Positions 54,113 through 64,000 are shown, counted from the stretch's first letter. The stretch is DNA of 64,000 bases from Caulobacter sp. (GCA_031415995.1 JANOSS010000105.1:14089-78088); one strand, 5' to 3'. Translations and numbers: made by a program. The notes: generated by a model from the sequence alone, not told the origin.

Positions 54113-56362
54113 TTACTCCGCCGCAATCAAAGTGGGTTCGACGGGGCGGGGCGTTTCCCGGCGGCGAAGATTGATCACCGCGTCGACGTCCAGGATGAGG
54201 GCCACGCGGCCGTCGCCCAGGATCGTTGCGGCGGCAACGCCCTCGACCTGCTGGTAGTTCTGTTCCAGCGACTTGATGACAACCTGGCGCTGGCCGTGGA
54301 TCGCGTCGGCCACCAGGGCGGCGCGCGAGCCGTCCTCGCCCTCGACCAGCAGCACGACACCTTCGGTCGGCGACGGCGAGGTGGTGCGATAGCCCAGGGT
54401 CAGGCCGACATCGATGAGCGGCACGAAGCTGTCGCGGACCGCCAGCACCGAGCCGACGGGCCCCAGGGGGCGAACCTCTTCGGCCTTGGGACGCAGGCTT
54501 TCGACAATGGCGGCCAACGGCACGACCAAGGTCTCACCGGCTACGTCGACCACCATGCCGTCGAGCACGGCCAGGGTCAGCGGCAGGCTGAGCGTGAAGG
54601 TCGAGCCCAGACCGGGACGCGAGGTGATCGAGATGCGACCGCCCAGGGCCTGGACGCTCCTTCGCACCACGTCCATGCCGACGCCGCGGCCCGACACATC
54701 CGAGATCTTGTCGGCGGTTGAGAAGCCCGGCAGGAAGATCAGATTGTCGATCTCCTCATCGGTCAGCTGCAGGTCGGGCGAAATCAGGCCCTTCTTGACG
54801 GCGATCGACAAGACCCGTTCGCGATTGATGCCCTTGCCGTCGTCCTGGACCTCGATAACGATCCGACCGCTGCGGTGCAGGGCCGCCAGGCGCACGACGC
54901 CTTCCGGATTCTTGCCTGCCGCCTTGCGCTCCTCGGGGCTTTCCAGCCCGTGGTCGATGGCATTGCGCAGCATGTGGGTGATCGGGTCGGCCAGTCGTTC
55001 GATGACCGTCTTGTCGACCTCGGTGTTTTCCCCATCCATGACCAGGCGCGCCTGCTTGCCGGTCATGTTGGCGACTTCACGAACCAGGCGCGGCATGCGC
55101 TGGAACACCGACTTCACGGGCTGGGCGCGGATCGCCATCACGCTGTCCTGGATCTGGCGGGTGAGCTGCTCCAGCTCGTCCAGACCCATGGCCAGACTGG
55201 ACGACGGCGCGATGCCGTACTCGCCCACGCGCTGGGCCAGCATGGCCTGATTGATCACCAGCTCGCCCACCAGATCGATCAGGCTGTCGATGCGCTCGGG
55301 ATCAACGCGGATGACCGACTGGCCAGGACCGGGGACGTCGACCTGCGTGGCCTTGGTTGGGGCAGCGGCCGGCGCCGGAGCGCGCGCAGCGACCGGGGCG
55401 GGCGGCGGCGCTTCCACGACCGCGAGCGCGATTTCGGCGATCTCGGGGGCGACCGGCGGGGCGACCTCGGGAGCGACGGGCTCGGCGGCCGGTGTCTCAA
55501 TGGCGCTCAGCAGGTTGGCCAGGGCAGCCTCGACGGGCGCTTCGCCCCGAACGATTTCAAGATCGCAGTCACCGTCGACGAATTCGAAGACCTCGCGGAT
55601 GGCGTCTTCGCCATCATCGGTCTCTACGCGCACACTCCAGGTGACATAGGCGGCCTCGGCGTCGAGGAACTCCAGGGTCGGCAGGGCGCTGTCGTCCATG
55701 GTCGCGACGATCGGGCCAAGGCGGCTCAGCTCGCGCAACAGCAAGGCCGTTTCATTGGCCTTGCGATAGAGGTCCGACTTGGGACGGATCGACACCGTCC
55801 ACACATTGATGGGGATCAGTTCGGCGTCGGCCGCCTGCGCGTCTACCGAGATCGTCATCGGCTGGAAGTCGAAGCCGAGATCGTCGTCGTCCAGATCATC
55901 CGACGCCGCGACGAGCTCGGGCGCGGGCGCGGTTTCAGCGGCCTCGGCCACTGAAACCGGAGCGGCCGCGGCCGCAGAAGGATCGGTCCAGACCTTCAGT
56001 TCAGCGGCCATGGCGGCCGAGGCCGCCATGTCGACATCGCCCATGCCGCGCGCGGCGCTCACATGGTCGGCCAAAACGTCGGAGGCGCGCAGCATGACGG
56101 CGGCCAGATCCACGGTGTTGGGAACCTCATTGGACCGAACAGCGTCCAGCAAGGTCTCGAACACGTGGGCGAAACGGACCAACGGCTCGAGGCCGAAGGC
56201 GCCCGCGCCGCCCTTGATCGAATGCACGGCCCGGAAGACGGCATTGACAGTCTCGCTGTCGCCGACACCCTCCTGCATGGCCAGGAGCCCGCCTTCGAGG
56301 TCGGCGAGCAGTTCCTCGCATTCCTGAAAGAAGGTGACCTTGATGGCCTCTAGCTCGTCCAT
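54113..56362 (-). CDS. cheA: Chemotaxis histidine kinase
   Basis: FRAVHSIKGGA, LVGELVI, HMLRNAIDHG, GRGVGMDVV, CheW-like C-terminus. Confidence 0.98.
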   Translation of the reverse strand: MDELEAIKVTFFQECEELLADLEGGLLAMQEGVGDSETVNAVFRAVHSIKGGAGAFGLEPLVRFAHVFETLLDAVRSNEVPNTVDLAAVMLRASDVLADHVSAARGMGDVDMAASAAMAAELKVWTDPSAAAAAPVSVAEAAETAPAPELVAASDDLDDDDLGFDFQPMTISVDAQAADAELIPINVWTVSIRPKSDLYRKANETALLLRELSRLGPIVATMDDSALPTLEFLDAEAAYVTWSVRVETDDGEDAIREVFEFVDGDCDLEIVRGEAPVEAALANLLSAIETPAAEPVAPEVAPPVAPEIAEIALAVVEAPPPAPVAARAPAPAAAPTKATQVDVPGPGQSVIRVDPERIDSLIDLVGELVINQAMLAQRVGEYGIAPSSSLAMGLDELEQLTRQIQDSVMAIRAQPVKSVFQRMPRLVREVANMTGKQARLVMDGENTEVDKTVIERLADPITHMLRNAIDHGLESPEERKAAGKNPEGVVRLAALHRSGRIVIEVQDDGKGINRERVLSIAVKKGLISPDLQLTDEEIDNLIFLPGFSTADKISDVSGRGVGMDVVRRSVQALGGRISITSRPGLGSTFTLSLPLTLAVLDGMVVDVAGETLVVPLAAIVESLRPKAEEVRPLGPVGSVLAVRDSFVPLIDVGLTLGYRTTSPSPTEGVVLLVEGEDGSRAALVADAIHGQRQVVIKSLEQNYQQVEGVAAATILGDGRVALILDVDAVINLRRRETPRPVEPTLIAAE

Positions 56363-56406
56363 TCCCGCAATTCCTTAGAGTTCTAGACGTCGAAGTCGGT
56401 GAAGGA

Positions 56407-56772
56407 TCAGGCCGCGACGCGGCGAATGGCTTCGACCAGCTTTTCAGGATTGAACGGCTTGACGATCCAACCCGTCGCGCCGGCTTCGCGAGCCCGCTGC
56501 TTCTTGGTGGGATCGCTTTCCGTGGTCAGCACCAGGATCGGGATCGCGCGATAGTCATCATCGATGCGAACCGCCTCGATGAAACCAAAGCCATCCAGCT
56601 TGGGCATGTTGATGTCGGTGATGATGACGTCCGGACGATGGGCGGAAAGCACTTCCAGCCCATGTTCGCCGTCAACGGCCTCGACCACATTAAAGCCTGC
56701 GCCGACCAGGGCCATGCGCAGCATGTCCCTCATCGTGCGGGAATCGTCGACCGTTAGAATCGTGCGCGTCAC
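56407..56772 (-). CDS. cheY: Chemotaxis response regulator (CheYI)
   Basis: ILTVDDS, ITDINMPKLDG, GWIVKPF. Confidence 0.93.
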   Translation of the reverse strand: MTRTILTVDDSRTMRDMLRMALVGAGFNVVEAVDGEHGLEVLSAHRPDVIITDINMPKLDGFGFIEAVRIDDDYRAIPILVLTTESDPTKKQRAREAGATGWIVKPFNPEKLVEAIRRVAA

Positions 56773-57053
56773 GATTGGACTCCATGGATGTCCGCCGAAA
56801 GGAGCGCCCCATCGGCGCCGAAAAGACGGGTGGTTTCTACAAAGGCCTCCGAAGGCCCCGTAATTGAAAAGGGTTTGCCGTCAGCGGCCCAGGCCTTGCG
56901 GGCCGCGAGCAGAATCTGGAGACACAGGCCGCCGAGGCGACGGACCTGGCCGGCCTCGATCTCAAGCGGCTGGCCTCGGTGCGCCAGGAAGGCGGACTTC
57001 AGCGGGCCGGCGGCCTTTAGATCGAGTGTTTCAGGCAGCGCGAGTGCGGCCAT
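56769..57053 (-). CDS. STAS-domain protein of the che operon (called CheX in Caulobacter)
   Basis: LPETLDLKAA, VRRLGGLCLQILLAA. Confidence 0.85.
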   Translation of the reverse strand: MAALALPETLDLKAAGPLKSAFLAHRGQPLEIEAGQVRRLGGLCLQILLAARKAWAADGKPFSITGPSEAFVETTRLFGADGALLSADIHGVQS

Positions 57054-59017
57054 CAGAATTCCTCCCATCCAGCGGACGCCGGAGCGGCCGCGGTAGCTGC
57101 GCCGCCACGCGTGGGCCGGGCGAAGGCGCCCAGACGGGCCCTTTGCTCGGCGACCGGGTTGCGGGCCGGTGCGTGTTGAGCCGAATCGGCGGCAGTCGGG
57201 CGACCGTAGGCGGCCTGGCCGCCACCGACCCGGAAACGGGCCATCAGTCGGACCAGCTCGGCGGTCTCGCCCTTCAGCGAGTGCGTCGCGGCGGTCGATT
57301 CCTCGACCATTGCGGCGTTCTGCTGAGTGACCTGATCCATCTGGTTCACGGCCGTGTTCACTTCGTTCAGCCCGGTGGCCTGTTCGGCGGCGGAAGCCGC
57401 GATCTCGGTCACCAGGGCGTCGATCTCGCCAACCTTCAAGACGATGCGTTGCAGCGCCTCGCCCGTTTGACCGACCAGGTTCACGCCCTGGCTGACCTGC
57501 TGGGTCGAGGACGAGATCAGGGTCTTGATCTCCTTGGCGGCCTCGGCGGAGCGCTGGGCCAGGGCCCGGACTTCCTGAGCCACGACGGCGAAGCCGCGAC
57601 CCGCTTCACCCGCGCGGGCGGCCTCGACCCCGGCGTTCAGGGCCAAAAGGTTGGTCTGGAACGCGATCTCGTCGATCACGCCGATGATCTGGCTGATCTG
57701 CTTGGAGGAGTTTTCGATCTCGCCCATGGCCGACACTGCTTGATGCACGACCTGACCGGAATGCGTCGCTTCGCCACGGGTGGTTGAAACAACGTCCGAG
57801 GCCTGACGAGCGCCGGCCGCCGTGCGGCGGACCGTGGCGGTCAGTTCGTCGAGGGCGGCGGCGGTCTCTTCCAGCGAGGCGGCCTGCTGTTCGGTGCGGC
57901 GCGACAGGTCGTCAGAAGCATGGGCGATCTCGTCGGCGCCGGTGCTCAGGCCGTCTGTCGAGGCGGCGATGACCTTCATCGTCTCCTGCAGCGAGGCCAT
58001 GGCGCCGTTGAAATCGTCCTTCAGCTTGGCGTAGTCCCCCGGGAAGTTTGCATTGACGCGGAAGGTCAGATCGCCCGAGGCCAGCTTTTCGAGGCCCTCG
58101 GCCAGGCTGGTCACCACCAGGGCGCCTTCGCGAGCGGCGGCGGCAGCAGCCTCTTCCTTCGAGCGACGCTCGTCGGCGGTCTGGGCCGCAGTTTTTTCCT
58201 GCTCGGACCGCATCTGTTCAAGGTGCAGCTGGTTGTCGCGGAAAATCCTCAAGGAGCGGACGATGGCGCCCAGCTCGTCCAGGCGAGTCATCTTTTCAAG
58301 ATCAATGCTGTTGTCGCCCTTTGACAGGCGTTCGGTCGCACCGGCGATATCGGCGATCGACTTGCGGACATTCATGACCGTGAGGAAGGCGAGCGCTCCC
58401 ACGGAGCCAAGCGTGATCAGCGACAGCGTGATGGTGGCGCTCATGGCCGCAGTCGCTTCGGCCTTGTGCTGGTCGGCCGTCTCGGTGGCCCGGGTGCCGG
58501 CGTCATCGACCACCTTCTGAAGCTGGGCCGCCATCTTGACATACTGGTCTTCAAAGCTGCCAGCGAAGCTCATGGCCATGCCCGTATCGACGTCGATCAT
58601 GCCGCTGACCGTGTCGACGGCGCTGCGGCATTCTGCCAGGGCCTTGACGAGGGCCTCGATCTTCGGATGCTCAGAGGCGGGCAGGCGGCTCGAAAGCGCC
58701 TTCATGTCCTTGCCCAAGGTGTCAAATTCGGCAAGCAACTCGATGATGCGTGGACCGGCCGAAGGGGCCATCGGATCGGCCTTCGACGCCAGGATTTGAT
58801 AGAGCGTCCCGTGAGCGTCAGTGATCCGGCGCGACAGCGTCTGAATATCGCTATTGATGCGCATGTCCTGCTCGACGACCTGCCGCAGAGCGGCGGTCTG
58901 GCTGCGCTGCACGACGACGGCGCCGCCGGCCATGAGGGCCATCATCAACAGTGCGAAAGCCGGCGCGAAGCCGATCTTGATAATCAGTGGTAGGTCGACA
59001 AGCCGAAATCGCTTCAT
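57053..59017 (-). CDS. mcpA: Membrane methyl-accepting chemotaxis protein
   Basis: Two TM segments, HAMP domains, IAFQTNLLALNAGVEAARAGEAGRGFAVVA, C-terminal GWEEF. Confidence 0.93.
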   Translation of the reverse strand: MKRFRLVDLPLIIKIGFAPAFALLMMALMAGGAVVVQRSQTAALRQVVEQDMRINSDIQTLSRRITDAHGTLYQILASKADPMAPSAGPRIIELLAEFDTLGKDMKALSSRLPASEHPKIEALVKALAECRSAVDTVSGMIDVDTGMAMSFAGSFEDQYVKMAAQLQKVVDDAGTRATETADQHKAEATAAMSATITLSLITLGSVGALAFLTVMNVRKSIADIAGATERLSKGDNSIDLEKMTRLDELGAIVRSLRIFRDNQLHLEQMRSEQEKTAAQTADERRSKEEAAAAAAREGALVVTSLAEGLEKLASGDLTFRVNANFPGDYAKLKDDFNGAMASLQETMKVIAASTDGLSTGADEIAHASDDLSRRTEQQAASLEETAAALDELTATVRRTAAGARQASDVVSTTRGEATHSGQVVHQAVSAMGEIENSSKQISQIIGVIDEIAFQTNLLALNAGVEAARAGEAGRGFAVVAQEVRALAQRSAEAAKEIKTLISSSTQQVSQGVNLVGQTGEALQRIVLKVGEIDALVTEIAASAAEQATGLNEVNTAVNQMDQVTQQNAAMVEESTAATHSLKGETAELVRLMARFRVGGGQAAYGRPTAADSAQHAPARNPVAEQRARLGAFARPTRGGAATAAAPASAGWEEF

Positions 59018-59087
59018 TTCCAGGTCCCCTTCTTGCGGCGGTTCCGTGCCCACGGATCACCAGCAAGCCAGGGGGATCATCACTATA

Positions 59088-59266
59088 GATTCCTAACAGA
59101 CTCTGACCTTGGTTAAGAGAAACTGGAGGTCAGGGGGCCAGGCGCTGCCTTGAGGGACAAATGGCCGCAGGTGAATCTATGGAGATAGCGCCCAAAAGCA
59201 GCCGCGCGGGTAAAATCCGAAGTAAGGTTACCATAAAGTAAATTTAGAATATTCCGGGGCCGACTC
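59088..59266. promoter_or_regulatory. mcpA control region with four GANTC (CcrM) sites
   Basis: GATTC 59088, GACTC 59099, GAATC 59173, GACTC 59262. Confidence 0.5.
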
Positions 59267-59355
59267 AGAATATTTTAACTAGCCGCTGCGATAAAGGGCA
59301 TGCGTCCGGTTGGCGCGTCGTCCACAGGACGGTATTCTTTACTAGGAGCAGCGGG

Positions 59356-59667
59356 ATGAAACATCCGATCGCTTTTGCCGCAGGAATCGCTGGCAGCTTG
59401 TTCATCGCTCAAGCCGCCTCGGCGGCTGGCGGATTCGAAGAGCAAATGAGCCGTTGCCTGCAACAGTTCGCCAATACCCGGGACGCCGCCCAGGTGATGC
59501 TGGAATGCACCGCTGACGCTGGCAAGCTCTCGGAATGCAAGGTCGTTGACAACAGCGCGGCCGGCAAGGGCTTCGACAAGGCCGCCATGTGCATCGCTGA
59601 CAAGCTGCCGATGGGCGCCAAGACCGGCACCGTGAAGGTTCCGTTCCGCTTCCCGGGCGGCGCGTAA
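59356..59667 (+). CDS. Small secreted TonB-C-terminal-like protein (position of cagAI)
   Basis: Signal peptide; VMLECTADAGKLSECKVV, GFDKAAMC, VKVPFRF. Confidence 0.75.
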   Translation: MKHPIAFAAGIAGSLFIAQAASAAGGFEEQMSRCLQQFANTRDAAQVMLECTADAGKLSECKVVDNSAAGKGFDKAAMCIADKLPMGAKTGTVKVPFRFPGGA

Positions 59668-59693
59668 ACTTCAAGCTCCTTACCAAGGGGCTC

Positions 59694-59763
59694 AAAACGC
59701 CTCCGCCGACCAGACCGAAGCGTTCCGATGGATCGCTTCGCGTCTGGTACGCGGGGGCGTTTT
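59694..59763. other. ~70-nt extended imperfect hairpin (terminator or structured RNA)
   Basis: aaaacgcc/ggcgtttt, tccgc/gcggg, accagac/gtctggt and cgaagcg/cgcttcg stacked helices. Confidence 0.55.
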
Positions 59764-59785
59764 GCCGTATGCGACGCCCGCCAGG

Positions 59786-59817
59786 AAAAAGGCGGCCGCC
59801 CGTCGGGGCGGCCGCTT
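59786..59817 (-). terminator. Intrinsic terminator of the globin MCP gene
   Basis: aaaaa-ggcggccgccc / gggcggccgc stem, U tract on the minus strand. Confidence 0.7.
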
Positions 59818-59867
59818 CTATCGATACATCCTGCGCTGGGTCTCAGCCTGCTGGCGGCAGCCGTTTC

Positions 59868-61460
59868 TCAGAACTCTTCCCACGTCTCGCGAACGGCCGT
59901 CGCCGCTGAGCCCCGGGAGACCGGACGCGCGCCGCCGCCCGGACGACTGGCCTGCGATGAAGGTCGAGCGACCGGGCGGGCGGGCGCAGCGGACGCTGCG
60001 GGCCGCGAATCGGCCACGCGGAAGGCCGAAATCAGATTGACCAGTTCGGCCGTTTGATCCTTGAGCGAGTGTGTCGCCGCCGTCGTCTGCTCGACCATGG
60101 CGGCGTTTTGTTGCGTCACCTGGTCCATCTGATTGACGGCGGTATTGACCTCATGCAGGCCAGTGGCCTGCTCCTGGGCCGAAGCAGAGATCTGGACGAT
60201 CAGGGTGTCGATCTCGGCAACCTTGGCGACGATGCCGCGCAGGGCGTCGCCGGTTTGTCCCACCAGGTTCACGCCCTGACCCACTTGCTGGGTCGAGGTC
60301 GAGATCAGGGTCTTGATCTGCTTGGCGGCGTCGGCGGAGCGCTGGGCGAGAGCCCGCACTTCCTGGGCGACGACCGCGAAGCCACGACCGGCTTCACCGG
60401 CACGCGCCGCTTCGACCCCGGCGTTCAGGGCCAGCAGGTTGGTCTGGAAGGCGATCTCGTCGATCACGCCGATGATGTTGCCGATTTCGCGCGACGAGCT
60501 TTCGATCTCGCCCATGGCGGCCACGGCCTGGTCGACCACGACGCCCGAGCGTTCGGCCTCGGTCTTGGCACCCGCCACAACCTCGGACGCCTGCTTGGCG
60601 CCCGCTGCCGAGCGCCGGACGGTCGAGGTGATCTGGTCGAGGGCGGCGGCGGTCTCTTCCAGACTGGCGGCCTGCTGCTCGGTGCGGCGCGACAGGTCGT
60701 CAGCCGCGATGCCGATTTCGTCCGAACCGGCGCGGATATTGCCGGTCACGCCGGAAATGCGGCTCATGGCCTCCTCGAGCGTGCGAACCGCGCTGTTGAA
60801 ATCGTCCTTCAGCTTCTGGAACTCGGGCTTCACCTCGTCGTCCATACGGCTGACCAGATCGCCCTGGGCCAGATGGGAGAGCGCCGTGGCCAGGCTTTGG
60901 ACGAGCCTGGTCTGGCTTTGCTCGTTCTCGATACGCGAGGCCTCAAGTCGCTGACGATCGGCTTCGATGGTCTCAAGATAGATCGAGATGGCAAAGTCCA
61001 TGTCGAGCATGACCGCCTTCATCAGGGCGCTGATCGCCTCGCCGGCCTGGGCGGGGTCGCCCTTGGCCATGAAGCCCTTGGGCCAGAGCGAGTCGACGGT
61101 GGCGCGCAGCAGCCGGTCCATGACCATGGCGTAGCCGCCGATGTACCAGCGCGGCTCAAGTCCAATGCGCGCATGAACCTGACCGATGGTCCGGACCGTA
61201 TTGACATAGGTGTCGCTAAACTCGGCCTGGGCGATGACGTCCCAGTGCACCGCCTGGCGACTGCTGGCGGCGTCCATGTGCCGCTCGTCCCTGAAGAACT
61301 TGCTGGTCGCCGGTGTCGTCTTGACCTTGCCGTAGAAGGCCGAGAGCGCGGGGCCGATTTCCTTGCGAATGAGCGGCCGCAGATCACGCAGCGCCTGCCG
61401 CGCACGATCATCCAGCCCCATAAACGCCACGCGGTCGTTTACGTCATGATCCTGACTCAT
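59868..61460 (-). CDS. mcpB: Soluble globin-coupled methyl-accepting chemotaxis protein (McpB/HemAT type)
   Basis: Protoglobin domain (AFYGKV, IGQVHARIGLEPRWYIGGY), no TM segment, MA domain, C-terminal TWEEF. Confidence 0.88.
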   Translation of the reverse strand: MSQDHDVNDRVAFMGLDDRARQALRDLRPLIRKEIGPALSAFYGKVKTTPATSKFFRDERHMDAASSRQAVHWDVIAQAEFSDTYVNTVRTIGQVHARIGLEPRWYIGGYAMVMDRLLRATVDSLWPKGFMAKGDPAQAGEAISALMKAVMLDMDFAISIYLETIEADRQRLEASRIENEQSQTRLVQSLATALSHLAQGDLVSRMDDEVKPEFQKLKDDFNSAVRTLEEAMSRISGVTGNIRAGSDEIGIAADDLSRRTEQQAASLEETAAALDQITSTVRRSAAGAKQASEVVAGAKTEAERSGVVVDQAVAAMGEIESSSREIGNIIGVIDEIAFQTNLLALNAGVEAARAGEAGRGFAVVAQEVRALAQRSADAAKQIKTLISTSTQQVGQGVNLVGQTGDALRGIVAKVAEIDTLIVQISASAQEQATGLHEVNTAVNQMDQVTQQNAAMVEQTTAATHSLKDQTAELVNLISAFRVADSRPAASAAPARPVARPSSQASRPGGGARPVSRGSAATAVRETWEEF

Positions 61461-61514
61461 CGGCTTTGGTCCATCCCGGGGTGTAGTTTGCGGGATGACC
61501 CTCGGTCAGCATGC

Positions 61515-61529
61515 TTAATGCAGTCTTAA
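61515..61529. promoter_or_regulatory. CtrA binding site upstream of mcpB
   Basis: TTAA-tgcagtc-TTAA, exact TTAA-N7-TTAA, about 55 bp upstream of the ATG. Confidence 0.8.
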
Positions 61530-61596
61530 ATATTCCCGCCCAAGGCGCGTCATCTCGCCACACTCGCCAAAAAGGTTTGGTTCGCCGAACACGCGT

Positions 61597-62745
61597 CTAT
61601 CCACCCTGTTTCATGGTCTCGCGGGCGATGATCACCTGCTGGATCTGGCTGGTACCCTCATAGATCCGGAAGATCCGCACGTCGCGATACAGGCGCTCGA
61701 TGCCATAGTCGGCGACATAGCCGGCCCCGCCGAAGATCTGCACGGCACGATCCGCCACGCGGCCGACCATCTCGGAGGCAAACAGCTTGGAGGCCGCCGC
61801 CTCCAGCGTCACGCCCTGCCCCGCGTCGCGCTTGCGGGCGGTCTCCATGACCAGAGCCTTGGCCGCCAGAGCCTCGGTCTTGCTGTCGGCCAGCATGGCC
61901 TGGATCAGCTGGAAGTTCGAGATCGCCTGACCAAACTGCTTGCGCTCGCCGGCATAGGCCACGCAGTCCTTGATCAGCCGCTCGGCCACGCCCACGCAGA
62001 CGGCGGCGATGTGCAGGCGGCCGCGATCCAGCACCTGCATGGCCACCTTGAAGCCCTCGCCCTCCTCGCCCAGCCGATTCCAGGCCGGCACGCGGACATT
62101 GTCGAAGGTGACGTCGTGGATATGGGCGCCTTGCTGGCCCATCTTCTTCTCGGGCTTGCTCACGGACAGGCCCGGCAGGCCGCTGGGGACCAGGAAGGCC
62201 GAGACGCCAGAGCCGCCCTTGGTCTCGGGACTGGTCCGGGCCATCACCGTGAACAATGAAGCCTTGCCGGCATTGGTGATGTAGCGCTTGGAGCCATTGA
62301 GCACGTAGTCGTCGCCGTCGCGGATAGCCAGGGTGCGGACAGAGGCGCTGTCGGAGCCGGCTTCCGGCTCGGTCAGGGCAAAGCTGGTGATGATCTCGCC
62401 CGAGGCGATGCCGGGCAGCCACTTGGCCTTTTGCTCGTCGGTTCCGAACATCACCAGACCCTGGCTGCCGATGCCGACATTGGTGCCGAACGCCGATCGG
62501 AAGGCCGGAGAGGTTCGGCCCAGCTCGACGCCGACCAGGCATTCCTCTTCCATGTTCAGGCCCAGGCCGCCGAACGCCTCGGGGATCGACAGGCCAAACA
62601 GGCCCAGGCCTTTCATCTCGTCGATGACGTCCTGCGGAACCGCGTCATCCTCGGCCACCTTGGCCTCGATGGGCCGCAGGCGCTCGGCGACGAAGCGGGC
62701 GACCATGTCGAGCAGTTGGTCGCGGGTTTCCAGATCGAGGGCCAT
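61597..62745 (-). CDS. Acyl-CoA dehydrogenase
   Basis: FALTEPEAGSD, LNGSKRYITNA, ERKQFGQ, QIFGGAGY, IYEGTSQIQ. Confidence 0.95.
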   Translation of the reverse strand: MALDLETRDQLLDMVARFVAERLRPIEAKVAEDDAVPQDVIDEMKGLGLFGLSIPEAFGGLGLNMEEECLVGVELGRTSPAFRSAFGTNVGIGSQGLVMFGTDEQKAKWLPGIASGEIITSFALTEPEAGSDSASVRTLAIRDGDDYVLNGSKRYITNAGKASLFTVMARTSPETKGGSGVSAFLVPSGLPGLSVSKPEKKMGQQGAHIHDVTFDNVRVPAWNRLGEEGEGFKVAMQVLDRGRLHIAAVCVGVAERLIKDCVAYAGERKQFGQAISNFQLIQAMLADSKTEALAAKALVMETARKRDAGQGVTLEAAASKLFASEMVGRVADRAVQIFGGAGYVADYGIERLYRDVRIFRIYEGTSQIQQVIIARETMKQGG

Positions 62746-62851
62746 GGGGTTTCTTCCTGCGTCAAACACTTGTTTTGACGCGGACTGTAGCCGTCAAGCT
62801 CAGGAATGGAAGGGCCGGCGCGCGACACGCCGGCCCTAAGTCGCCTTGCCG

Positions 62852-64000
62852 CTAGGTTCGCTCGGCGCGCGCCAGCAGGCTGTTGCGCATGCCAAACGCC
62901 ACATAGACCACCACGCCGATGCAGTGGGCGTAGAGGAAATACAGCTGGGTCTTGGTCGGAAGGCTGGAGAACAGATACAGGCAACCCAGGATCGCGCCCG
63001 AGGCCACGACCGGCCAGAGCGGCGTCGAGAACACCCGCTGGCGGTCCGGATCCTTGATCCGCAGGATGATCACCGACAGGCCCACAGCGATAAAGGCCGC
63101 CAGGGTGCCGGCATTGGCCAGCTCGGCGATGTCCTTCAGCGACAGCCAGCCCGAGATCAGGGCCGACAGGGCGCCGGTCAGCAGGGTCATCAGCACGGGC
63201 GTGCCGGTCCTGGCGTTGACCCGGGCCAGGGTCTTGGGCAGCAGGCCGTCGCGGGCCATCACGAAGAAGATCCGGCTCTGGCCATACATGAAGGCCAGGA
63301 TCACGGTCGGCAGGGCGACCACGGCGGCCAGGGCCACCAGCTGGGCGACCTTGGGATGGTTCAGGCTTTCCAGGATGAAGACCAGCGGGGCCTCGCTCTT
63401 GGAGAACACTTCGGTGCGCGAGGCCCCGATCGAGACGGCGGCCACGACCATGTAGATCGCGGTGCAAACGGCCATCGAGCCGACGATGCCGATGGTCAGG
63501 TCGCGCTTGGGGTTCTTGGTCTCCTCAGCGGCGGTCGAGACCGCGTCAAAGCCGTAGAAGGCGAAGAAGATCAGGCTGGCGGCGGCCATGACGCCCACCT
63601 TGATGCCGTTAGCGTCGGGGGTGGCGGCGAAGCCCTGGGGCATGAACGGCGTAAAGTGGCTGATGTCGAACGCGGGGATGCACAGCACGACAAAGACGGC
63701 CAGAGCGATGATCTTCACCGCCACCAGCACCATGTTGATCGTGGCGCTCTCCTTGGTGCCCAGGGCCAGCAAGCCAGCGACGGCGAACGAGATGATCACG
63801 GCGGGCAGGTTGACGATGCCACCCATGTGGGGTCCGGCCAGCAGCATCTCCGGCGTGCCGATCATCCGGAACAGGCCCGTGGCGTGGGCTGACCAGCCGA
63901 CGGCGACAGCCGCGCAGACCAGGGTGTATTCGAGGATCAGGCTCCAGCCGACAAACCAGGCCACCGGCTCGCCCATGGCGACGTAGCTGTAGGTATAGGC
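62852..64000 (-). CDS. APC family amino acid permease (5' end outside the window)
   Basis: AYTYSYVAMGE, FFAFYGFDAVSTAAEETKNPKRDL, MARDGLLP; frame open to the window edge. Confidence 0.92.
   Translation of the reverse strand, partial: AYTYSYVAMGEPVAWFVGWSLILEYTLVCAAVAVGWSAHATGLFRMIGTPEMLLAGPHMGGIVNLPAVIISFAVAGLLALGTKESATINMVLVAVKIIALAVFVVLCIPAFDISHFTPFMPQGFAATPDANGIKVGVMAAASLIFFAFYGFDAVSTAAEETKNPKRDLTIGIVGSMAVCTAIYMVVAAVSIGASRTEVFSKSEAPLVFILESLNHPKVAQLVALAAVVALPTVILAFMYGQSRIFFVMARDGLLPKTLARVNARTGTPVLMTLLTGALSALISGWLSLKDIAELANAGTLAAFIAVGLSVIILRIKDPDRQRVFSTPLWPVVASGAILGCLYLFSSLPTKTQLYFLYAHCIGVVVYVAFGMRNSLLARAERT

Overview
GC-rich alphaproteobacterial chromosome segment, very likely Caulobacter: gene order matches my recollection of the C. 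crescentus region from the major chemotaxis operon through the nag cluster and tRNA-Ser to thrS. Core content: hmgL, a GT2 glycosyltransferase, thrS, yidD, cysS, folE, hisI, phoD, rluD, the GlcNAc/chitooligosaccharide (nag) cluster, four TonB-dependent receptors (TBDRs), the che operon with mcpA and a globin-coupled MCP, an acyl-CoA dehydrogenase and an amino-acid permease. The best candidate for an undescribed system is an integrase-less ~14 kb accessory block between tRNA-Ser(CGA) and nagE (18355-32746). It encodes a PhnR-like repressor, a PhnZ-like HD oxygenase with no PhnY partner, and an operon of TBDR, sulfotransferase, Asp/Asn beta-hydroxylase, TPR-sulfotransferase and a second hydroxylase. 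It also encodes a secreted alkaline-phosphatase-superfamily enzyme with a PA14 domain and a TPR-methyltransferase/TPR-sulfotransferase pair. Four TGGT-N4-ACCA operators link the first part into one predicted phosphonate-responsive regulon; its chemistry is inferred, not shown. Other oddities: an orphan encapsulin-type ferritin, a persulfide dioxygenase homolog lacking iron ligands, a BrnT toxin with an HTH antitoxin, four CIR/Bru-RS-like repeats and an AT3-rich 3' segment of thrS. No databases were searched; family calls come from motifs and recalled knowledge.
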